NCBI RefSeq assembly: GCF_002310835.1
Contig: NZ_CP011041.1
Location: forward strand, 1,860,001-1,892,000
Origin: Pseudoalteromonas tetraodonis
GTDB lineage: Bacteria; Pseudomonadota; Gammaproteobacteria; Enterobacterales; Alteromonadaceae
Direction: 5' to 3'
Length of the DNA: 32,000 nucleotides
Shown: positions 25,619-32,000 of the stretch, in pieces
Layout: the number at the start of each line of letters is the position of its first letter
Position numbering within the stretch: the first letter of the stretch is position 1
Translations under genes and position numbers: made by a program
The notes under the pieces: model-generated
Databases searched by the model: none
The model's input: the letters and a program-made list of their open reading frames with translations, nothing else
Told to the model about the DNA's origin: nothing

Positions 25619-26458
25619 GTGCAAATGCGGTTTTCGTGGTTAATACTGTTAGTCTGTGTATTTTTAAGCACAAAGTGTAATGCCAGAACAATAAAATGGT
25701 TAACACATGATTTTGCGCCCTACTACATTATAAGCGGGCCGAACAAATCCCAAGGTCGTGACGAAAGTATTATTTCGCTTTTAGAACAGCAGCTGCCGCA
25801 TATTACCTTTGAAAGAGTGATCATCCCCTCAGGTAAAGTGATTCAGGAACTCGCAAACCTGCAGTCTAATGCCTGTGCTTTGTCGCTCTATAAGAATAAA
25901 TACCGCGAAGAGCGTGTTTATTTCACACATCAAAGCTCTACAGCAGGGCTTTCGCCATCAATTGCCATGCATACCAAGCTAAGTAGTGCGCTAGAGATTG
26001 AAGACGCTAAACCGGTGTCATTAACCAATTTATTAGTTAATAAAAAGCTTACCTTAGGTGTATCTATGAATCGCTCCTATGGCAGTGAAATTGATAAAAT
26101 AATCAACACCACACCCGGTATAAATCTGGTCATTCGACCAACCCGCGATACCCTCAGTACGTTAACATATATGCTTAACCTTAAAAGAATTGATATTTTA
26201 TTAGGTTACCCAAGTGAACATTATTATTTAGCAAAAACAATGGGCTTTACTGATAATTTAACCCAGCGGATGCTCACTGAAGCACCAGAAATAAGTTACG
26301 GTTACATTGGTTGTACTAAAAACGAGCAAGGTGCAGAGGATATTGCTACGCTTAATCAACAACTCAAACTGATTAAGCAGACTGAAGACTATAAACAGAT
26401 ATTAACTCGGTGGTTACCAAGTCATTTAAAACCCAAATTAGAAGCACATTTACAATAA
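25619..26458 (+). CDS. Periplasmic solute-binding-protein family 3-like protein
   Basis: 279 aa with signal peptide MRFSWLILLVCVFLSTKCNA (alternative start ATG 25625). The overall pattern resembles the type 2 SBP-like conserved hypotheticals common in Vibrio and Alteromonadales; this is a memory-based call. Confidence 0.55.
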   Translation: MQMRFSWLILLVCVFLSTKCNARTIKWLTHDFAPYYIISGPNKSQGRDESIISLLEQQLPHITFERVIIPSGKVIQELANLQSNACALSLYKNKYREERVYFTHQSSTAGLSPSIAMHTKLSSALEIEDAKPVSLTNLLVNKKLTLGVSMNRSYGSEIDKIINTTPGINLVIRPTRDTLSTLTYMLNLKRIDILLGYPSEHYYLAKTMGFTDNLTQRMLTEAPEISYGYIGCTKNEQGAEDIATLNQQLKLIKQTEDYKQILTRWLPSHLKPKLEAHLQ

Positions 26459-26496
26459 AAAGCTAAGCGTGTTACTAATTAGCGCTTAGCTTTTTT
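26457..26496. terminator. Bidirectional rho-independent terminator between convergent genes
   Basis: AGCTAAGCG / CGCTTAGCT 9-bp perfect stem flanked by AAAA upstream and TTTTTT downstream. Confidence 0.75.
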
Positions 26497-26505
26497 AAAA
26501 TAGTC

Positions 26506-27096
26506 TTACTGGCGAATACCTTCAATAAATAAACCAATATCAACATGGGTAGATGCTGGGCCTAAGTTATAGTCAATACCGTAGTCGGCCAGTTTTAAGC
26601 TAGTTTCTCCTTCAAAACCAACACGGTAACCACCCCATGGATCTTTACCTTCACCAATTTTATCTATTTCAAAGGTAATTGTCTTCGTAACACCGTTTAG
26701 AGTAAAGTCACCAGTTACTGTGGCTTCTTCACCGTCTTCGTCAAACTTAATCGCTGTACTCTTAAAGCTTGCCTGTGGGTATTTGCTTACGTTTAAAAAG
26801 TCACTACCACGTAAGTGTTTATCACGTTCTGCGTGATTTGAATCTAGACTTGCCGTATCAATATTTACACTAATTTGAGACGCATTTGGATTTTTAGCAT
26901 CGTAGTTAAATTTGCCATCAAAGGTATTAAAACGCCCATGCAGCCAGCTGTAGCCTAAATGTTTAATCTTAAAGTTTACAAAAGCATGCGCACCTTTTGT
27001 GTCAATAACATAATCTGCGGCATTCGAAGTGGTCGCTGTCATAAACATCGCTGCTGATAACGCTGAAGTTAAAAATAATTTTTTCATTTTAATCAT
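26506..27096 (-). CDS. yceI: YceI family periplasmic polyisoprenoid-binding protein
   Basis: 196 aa with a signal peptide. AHAFVNFKIKHLGYSWLHGRFNTFDG, SLDSNHAERDKHLRGSDFL and LNGVTK are typical YceI motifs. It overlaps the cytochrome b561 gene by 8 bp, matching the E. coli yceJ-yceI pairing. Confidence 0.9.
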   Translation of the reverse strand: MIKMKKLFLTSALSAAMFMTATTSNAADYVIDTKGAHAFVNFKIKHLGYSWLHGRFNTFDGKFNYDAKNPNASQISVNIDTASLDSNHAERDKHLRGSDFLNVSKYPQASFKSTAIKFDEDGEEATVTGDFTLNGVTKTITFEIDKIGEGKDPWGGYRVGFEGETSLKLADYGIDYNLGPASTHVDIGLFIEGIRQ

Positions 27097-27640
27097 CCTT
27101 TTGTAATGTGAACATTCTAATTAATGTTTTATCTTTATCGATAAAGTGATGTTTTAGCGCACCTAACACGTGCAATACTACAAATCCAATTAATAAGCAT
27201 GCGCTATAGAAATGGATTTGCCCGGCTATATCAGCCTGAGAATCAAACGCAAAGTCGATAGCTTTTACATAAAAAAAGCCAAATACTTCTATGGGTCGTC
27301 CATCAGCCGTCGAAATTAAATACCCTGACACCATAATGATCAGTAAAAACAGATACATTAAAATATGTGCTGTTTGGGCTAATTGATTTAACTGCTTGTT
27401 ACTGCCAATCGGACTTGGTTTAACACTAAAGTGTCGCCATAACAGCCTAAAAACAAAAACCGCTGCTAAGCTAAGGCCAATGCTTTTGTGTAGGTCTAAT
27501 GATCCTTTATACCAACTATCATAATAAGTCAGCTCAACCATATATAAACCTAAACCAAACAGACCAAACACGGTCAGCGCCATTAGCCAGTGTAAAAATA
27601 TAGCCACCACGCCATAGCTGGTTTTTGAGTTTTTAAACAT
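27089..27640 (-). CDS. cybB: Cytochrome b561 family protein
   Basis: 183 aa with 4 TM helices and conserved His residues (IFLHWLMA, LHKSIG, AHILMY, LKHHF). Confidence 0.9.
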   Translation of the reverse strand: MFKNSKTSYGVVAIFLHWLMALTVFGLFGLGLYMVELTYYDSWYKGSLDLHKSIGLSLAAVFVFRLLWRHFSVKPSPIGSNKQLNQLAQTAHILMYLFLLIIMVSGYLISTADGRPIEVFGFFYVKAIDFAFDSQADIAGQIHFYSACLLIGFVVLHVLGALKHHFIDKDKTLIRMFTLQKDD

Positions 27641-27725
27641 TCCCTACTGCCAATCTCTTATTTAGTAATAACACTACGATATAATGATTAAGTGGTGATT
27701 AAAATAGCATATGCAAACACTCATC

Positions 27726-27739
27726 GTGCGTATACGCAC
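27726..27739. promoter_or_regulatory. Perfect 14-bp palindrome GTGCGTATACGCAC upstream of cybB-yceI
   Basis: Read directly. It lies ~85 bp upstream of the cybB start and ~50 bp downstream of the scpA stop. The operator-like function is inferred. Confidence 0.35.
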
Positions 27740-27787
27740 AGTAAAATGTATAAGGTTAATATAATTGCAAATGACGTTGAGAAGGGA

Positions 27788-28630
27788 TTAGCTAGCAGCT
27801 GACTCGTTAAGAGACACGTATATTTGGCTATTAGGTTCAACCTGTAAGCAGGCAATCAGGCCCTCTTTTATTAGTTCTAATATGGCGATAAAACTAACAA
27901 CAACCCCACTGCGTCCCTCTTCAAAGGTAAATAATTGAGTAAACGCAACAGGCGCTTTTGATTGGGATAAGGTATTTAAAATCAAGCTCATGCGCTCACG
28001 CGTTGAAAGGGTTTCAGCGCTAATTAAATGATGCTCGAATGTTTTTGCACGCGCCATGACATCGCTTAGCGCTAACAATAAATCTTTGATTGCCAGTTCA
28101 GGTAATGGTTGGTTTTTTTCTGCTAGCTCTGGCACGCTTGCCTGCGCTATAAAGATATCGCGGCCAACACGAGGTAGGCTGTCTATATTTTCGGCCGCTT
28201 TTTTAAATTGTTCGTACTCTTGTAAGCGTTTTATAAGTTCGGCGCGGGGATCGTCTTCTTCTTCTAACTCTTCATGAACAGGCAGTAACAGCCTAGATTT
28301 AATTTGGGCCAGCAATGCCGCCATTACTAAATATTCACCCGCGAGTTCTAGCTGGAACTCGCTCATCATTTCTACATATTTAACATATTGCTCAGTAATG
28401 CTAAAAATAGACAACTCAAGAACATCTAGCTTATGCTTTTTAATTAGATAAAGCAGCAGATCCAAAGGCCCTTCAAAGGTTTCTAAAATAACTTCAAGGG
28501 CATCAGGCGGGATATATAAATCTTCGGGTTTATCAACAACGGCTTTACCATGTAAAAATGCCAGAGGCAGCTTTTGCTGCACTGGCATATCAGGTGTTGG
28601 CGTTGATGATAGCGTCTCAGACTGTTTCAT
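27788..28630 (-). CDS. scpA: Segregation and condensation protein A (kleisin)
   Basis: 280 aa with FEGPLDLLLYLIKKHKLDVLELSIFSITEQY, the hallmark ScpA N-terminal motif. Confidence 0.9.
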   Translation of the reverse strand: MKQSETLSSTPTPDMPVQQKLPLAFLHGKAVVDKPEDLYIPPDALEVILETFEGPLDLLLYLIKKHKLDVLELSIFSITEQYVKYVEMMSEFQLELAGEYLVMAALLAQIKSRLLLPVHEELEEEDDPRAELIKRLQEYEQFKKAAENIDSLPRVGRDIFIAQASVPELAEKNQPLPELAIKDLLLALSDVMARAKTFEHHLISAETLSTRERMSLILNTLSQSKAPVAFTQLFTFEEGRSGVVVSFIAILELIKEGLIACLQVEPNSQIYVSLNESAAS

Positions 28631-28632
28631 TG

Positions 28633-29253
28633 TTATTCAAATGGCGTTGTATCACCGCAACCAACACGAAGAATTTGAATATCATCTTCTGATAAATCAA
28701 TCACTGTGGTCGCCTGCTCAGGTAAATACCCACCATGAATAATTAAATCCACATGTTTATCAAGGCGCTCTAAAATGTCATCGGGATCAGCTTGAGTAAA
28801 CTCTTCGCCCGGTAAAATAAGTGAGCACGACATTAAGGGCTCACCCAGCTCAGCTAATAAAGCACACGCTATTGGGTGCTCTATAACACGTATGCCTATG
28901 GTTTTTTTCTTGTCGTTTAATAACCGCTTAGGCACTTCTTTTGTACCTTTAAAAATAAACGTGTAAGGCCCTGGGGTATTATTTTTAATAAGCCTAAACA
29001 TTTGGTTATCAACACGCGCATAAGTAGACAGCTCAGATAAATCACGGCATACCAAAGTAAAATTGTGATGTTTTTCAATGCCACGAATACGTTCAATGCG
29101 CTCTTTAGCTTGCTTATTACCTAAATTACAGCCTATCGCGTATCCTGAATCTGTAGGATACACAACTACGCCGCCTTGTTTAATAATATCAACAGCTTGA
29201 GAAATTAATCTAGGCTGTGGATTATCTGGATGTATATGAAATAATTGACTCAT
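28633..29253 (-). CDS. yciO: YciO, Sua5/YrdC/YciO family protein
   Basis: From Met17 of the track ORF, MSQLFHIHPDNPQPRLISQAVDIIKQGGVVVYPTDSGYAIGC closely matches the E. coli YciO N-terminus (from memory). ATG 29253 overlaps the trpH stop as ATGA. Confidence 0.9.
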   Translation of the reverse strand: MSQLFHIHPDNPQPRLISQAVDIIKQGGVVVYPTDSGYAIGCNLGNKQAKERIERIRGIEKHHNFTLVCRDLSELSTYARVDNQMFRLIKNNTPGPYTFIFKGTKEVPKRLLNDKKKTIGIRVIEHPIACALLAELGEPLMSCSLILPGEEFTQADPDDILERLDKHVDLIIHGGYLPEQATTVIDLSEDDIQILRVGCGDTTPFE

Positions 29254-30104
29254 AATGCAACTCCTTCGTGCTTTTCCCATGTTTGCCAAACCCCTTGGCA
29301 ATCTTTAGGTAAGTATAAATTTTTTCCAAGTTCTAAATAGCTAGTCGGAAAATGAAAATCAGAGCCTTGTGAGCAAAGTAGCTCGTATTCTTGGCTCAAT
29401 AGCCCTAAAAACTGACGTTCACTTGGCGCCTGCTGCGGCTGAGCAACTTCCATTGCATCTCCGCCTACTGATTTAAATTCCACTAACAATTTACGTAGCC
29501 ACTTGTTCGACATTTTATAGCTACTTGGGTGCGCTAAAACGGCCACCCCACCTGCGGCATGAATCGCCGCAATAGCTGTTTGCATATCACACCAATTACT
29601 TGGCACGTAACCGGTTTTACCTCGCCCTAAATACTTTTTAAATACCCCAGGAAAGTTTTTAGCTACACCACGCTCAATCAATGCTCTGGCAAAGTGAGCG
29701 CGAGTAATTTGTGCATTTTCGGCCAGCTCGCGAGCTTGTTGGTAAATACCCTCAAAACCATTTTTATTTAGTCGATGGCCAATCTCTATCGCGCGGGTTT
29801 CGCGTTTTTGCTGCTGCTCGCTCAGTAATGTATGCAAGGTACTATCGTTGGTATCAATATTTAGTCCAACAATATGAATTTCAAAACTTTCCCACTTGGT
29901 TGATATTTCAACCCCGTTAATAAGTTTAAGCGGCAAATTTTCACGTTTGATAAAAGCCCGTGCAGGTTCGATAGCAGCCACCGTATCGTGATCGGTAATA
30001 GCAAATACATCAATATTTTTGTCGACTGCTCGCGCTAATAATTCCTCAACGGTTAAATGGCCGTCTGAGTGCGTGGTGTGACTATGTAGGTCGTATTTTA
30101 TCAA
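29250..30104 (-). CDS. trpH: PHP-domain phosphoesterase TrpH/YciV (RNase AM)
   Basis: 284 aa with YDLHSHTTHSDGHLT and FAITDHDT PHP metal-binding motifs. It is divergent from the trp operon, as in enterobacteria. Confidence 0.9.
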   Translation of the reverse strand: MIKYDLHSHTTHSDGHLTVEELLARAVDKNIDVFAITDHDTVAAIEPARAFIKRENLPLKLINGVEISTKWESFEIHIVGLNIDTNDSTLHTLLSEQQQKRETRAIEIGHRLNKNGFEGIYQQARELAENAQITRAHFARALIERGVAKNFPGVFKKYLGRGKTGYVPSNWCDMQTAIAAIHAAGGVAVLAHPSSYKMSNKWLRKLLVEFKSVGGDAMEVAQPQQAPSERQFLGLLSQEYELLCSQGSDFHFPTSYLELGKNLYLPKDCQGVWQTWEKHEGVAL

Positions 30105-30186
30105 ATGAAAACTACTTAAATTTAGGGTTTAACGGTGTTTCACCCAGTATAACAAGTTTTTTAACTAAATTGTTTTAAATAAACAC

Positions 30187-30216
30187 TTGACACAAAAGCA
30201 GTTGATACGTTTTACT
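30187..30216 (+). promoter_or_regulatory. Candidate sigma70 promoter of the trp operon
   Basis: TTGACA (30187-30192), an 18-nt spacer and TTTACT (30211-30216), about 35 nt upstream of the first leader ORF. Picked by eye only. Confidence 0.4.
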
Positions 30217-30250
30217 GTAGCCACTTTTAGACATTAAAGAATTAAGAACA

Positions 30251-30295
30251 ATGAAAAATACAATTCACAACATCATTTGGTGGTGGCACTCTTAA
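30251..30295 (+). CDS. trpL: trp leader peptide 1: MKNTIHNIIWWWHS
   Basis: 14-codon ORF with three consecutive TGG codons near its end, followed by an attenuator hairpin. Confidence 0.7.
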   Translation: MKNTIHNIIWWWHS

Positions 30296-30337
30296 AATCA
30301 AGGGTGATGAATTGTCGTGTCTAAACAAAAAATTCTA

Positions 30338-30361
30338 ACCCGCTACCATGCGGGTTTTTTT
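30338..30361 (+). terminator. Attenuator/terminator 1
   Basis: ACCCGC / GCGGGT stem with loop TACCAT, followed by TTTTTTT. Confidence 0.8.
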
Positions 30362-30403
30362 ATCACTAAATTTTGCAATACAAGATTAACAGGAATTAAA
30401 AAC

Positions 30404-30454
30404 ATGAATAACGTAAACACTCTTACACATCATTGGTGGTGGCGCCTGGCATAG
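30404..30454 (+). CDS. trpL: trp leader peptide 2: MNNVNTLTHHWWWRLA
   Basis: 16-codon ORF with three consecutive TGG codons; AGGA lies 9 nt upstream of the ATG. It is followed by the second attenuator hairpin. Confidence 0.8.
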   Translation: MNNVNTLTHHWWWRLA

Positions 30455-30496
30455 CGGGACGGTAATGGTCTATCTATAATTTAGACATCGTTATTC

Positions 30497-30538
30497 AAAC
30501 CCCGCACTGCTTAGCATTGCGGGGTTTTATTTTTTTTA
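30497..30538 (+). terminator. Attenuator/terminator 2, immediately upstream of trpE
   Basis: AAACCCCGCA...TGCGGGGTTT stem (10 bp, extendable with one mismatch), followed by TTTTATTTTTTTT. Confidence 0.85.
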
Positions 30539-30549
30539 GGGGATGAGGT

Positions 30550-32000
30550 TTGATTTTTAGTCATATAACAACAACACCAGGTGAAGTGACCAGCATAACG
30601 CAAGTACGAGACTACATAAGTAGCCCACTTGCATTGTATGCCGCACTTGATAAACCTAACTCACTATTACTTGAGTCTGCAGAGATAGATTCTAAAGATA
30701 GCGTAAAAAGCTTAATACTTGTTGATTGTGCACTGCGTATTGTCTGCCAAGGCAACCAAGTGAGCGTAACAGCACAATCAAATAACGGTCAGCAGTTACT
30801 CAACTATTTACAAGCTAATGTAAAAAACTGCGCATCCCAGTTAACCGATACCACATTAACACTGGAGTATCACCCAGCAGATGACACAATTGACCAAGCC
30901 AGTAAGCTGATTGCAGATAACGCTTTTAGCGCATTACGCACCTGTTTAAATAGCATCAAAAGTACCACTAACAATCCATTCTCGGTGTTTTTAGGCGGTG
31001 TATTTGCCTACGACATGGTGGCTAATTTTGAACAGCTAAGCGATGTACACGACGGAGAAAACACCTGTCCAGACTATGTTTTTTATTTAGCAGAAACACT
31101 GGTTGTTATTGATCATCAAAAACAAACAACGGAATTAATTGGTAACGTATTTAATGGCCCTGATGTACATGCGAACTGCTTTGAAGTAGGCAAACAATTA
31201 GAGCGCTTGAATACATTATGCGACCACGCTGCTGACTTTAGCGCACCGAGCCAAACTGGCGACTGCCCAGTGAGTGTTGATATTAGTGATGAGCAATACT
31301 GCCAGCAAGTAATTAAGCTCAAGCGACACATAGTCGATGGCGATATTTTTCAAGTGGTGCCTTCTCGTACCTTCTCACTACCCTGCCCTGACTCTTTACA
31401 TGCCTACAGCCAGCTAAAAAAACAAAACCCTAGTCCGTATATGTTTTACATGCGCGATGAAGATTTCTCATTATTTGGCGCATCTCCTGAGTCCGCGCTT
31501 AAATACGAAGTTCAGTCTCAACAGGTCGAGGTTTATCCGATTGCCGGCACACGCCCTCGCGGCAAATTTGCTAATGGACAAATCAACCCTGATTTAGATA
31601 GCCGTATTGAGCTTGAACTTAGAAACGATCAAAAAGAACGTGCAGAGCACTTAATGCTGGTTGATTTAGCGCGTAATGATGTAGCCCGCATTAGCGTACC
31701 GGGTACGCGCCATGCCAAAGAGCTTTTAAAAGTAGACCGTTACTCACAAGTAATGCACTTAGTGTCGCGCGTGGTGGGTAAATTAAAACCCGAACTAGAT
31801 GCCCTACATGCTTATCAAGCCTGTATGAACATGGGCACATTAGTGGGCGCGCCAAAGGTAAGAGCTGCAGAGCTTGTACGCCAAACCGAAGGGAAACGCC
31901 GCGGCAGTTATGGCGGCGCAGTTGGCTATTTAACTGGTGATGGTGCAATGGATAGCTGTATTGTTATTCGTGCAGCCTTTGTTAAAAATAATATTGCTTA
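30550..32000 (+). CDS. trpE: Anthranilate synthase component I; 5' portion only, the gene runs off the window end
   Basis: Hand translation from TTG 30550 (AGGGGA SD 6 nt upstream; in-frame stop at 30544) gives MIFSHITTTPGEVTS...LLLESAEIDSKDSVKSLILVD...IFQVVPSRTFSLPCP...NPSPYMFYM...IAGTRPRG...LMLVDLARND...GAPKV...GSYGGAVGY. This is colinear with E. coli TrpE. It is absent from the ORF track because it has a non-ATG start and no stop inside the window. Confidence 0.93.
   Translation, partial: MIFSHITTTPGEVTSITQVRDYISSPLALYAALDKPNSLLLESAEIDSKDSVKSLILVDCALRIVCQGNQVSVTAQSNNGQQLLNYLQANVKNCASQLTDTTLTLEYHPADDTIDQASKLIADNAFSALRTCLNSIKSTTNNPFSVFLGGVFAYDMVANFEQLSDVHDGENTCPDYVFYLAETLVVIDHQKQTTELIGNVFNGPDVHANCFEVGKQLERLNTLCDHAADFSAPSQTGDCPVSVDISDEQYCQQVIKLKRHIVDGDIFQVVPSRTFSLPCPDSLHAYSQLKKQNPSPYMFYMRDEDFSLFGASPESALKYEVQSQQVEVYPIAGTRPRGKFANGQINPDLDSRIELELRNDQKERAEHLMLVDLARNDVARISVPGTRHAKELLKVDRYSQVMHLVSRVVGKLKPELDALHAYQACMNMGTLVGAPKVRAAELVRQTEGKRRGSYGGAVGYLTGDGAMDSCIVIRAAFVKNNIA

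Noticed and set aside
28056-29920. Plus-strand ORFs 28056-28277 and 29711-29920
   Set aside because: They are antisense to scpA and trpH respectively. They are serine-rich or low-complexity shadow ORFs.
30187-30250. TrpR operator overlapping the trp promoter
   Set aside because: I looked for a GTACTAG-N-CTAGTAC-like palindrome as in E. coli. I found only weak fragments (TACTGTAG), which is not enough to call.
31116-31948. Minus-strand ORFs 31116-31331 and 31691-31948
   Set aside because: They are antisense to trpE, whose translation matches anthranilate synthase motif for motif.

Overview
AT-rich chromosomal segment whose gene order and protein sequences look like a marine gammaproteobacterium, probably Alteromonadales or Pseudoalteromonas-like; this is my impression and I could not run a search. 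Most of the window is housekeeping and conserved genes. In order: partial apbC/mrp divergent from metG; a run of small conserved genes (DUF3365 haem protein, DUF2937, deaminase, GlcG, fasciclin, PilZ); an S26 signal peptidase paralog; qor; an aceK - LysR - orphan ORF - icd cluster; a GT2 glycosyltransferase; an 8.3 kb minus-strand cluster (ADC-fold protein, 749-aa flavin amine-oxidase-like protein, TonB-dependent receptor, 7TMR-DISM hybrid sensor kinase); an SBP-like protein; yceI-cybB; and scpA-yciO-trpH divergent from the trp operon (two leaders plus partial trpE). I saw no rRNA, tRNA, CRISPR array, transposase, integrase, phage gene or recognisable defence gene. Four things stand out. (1) A 265-bp structured element with terminal inverted repeats splits the signal peptidase paralog, and removing it in silico restores the reading frame. 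(2) The same repeat family occurs at two other intergenic loci, in long and short forms. (3) Two complete Trp-codon leader/attenuator units lie in tandem upstream of trpE. (4) The ADC-like / flavoprotein / TBDR / sensor kinase cluster matches no pathway I know. I do not see a clear-cut new multi-gene system. Item 4 and the repeat family are the best candidates for undescribed biology, and both are hypotheses only.
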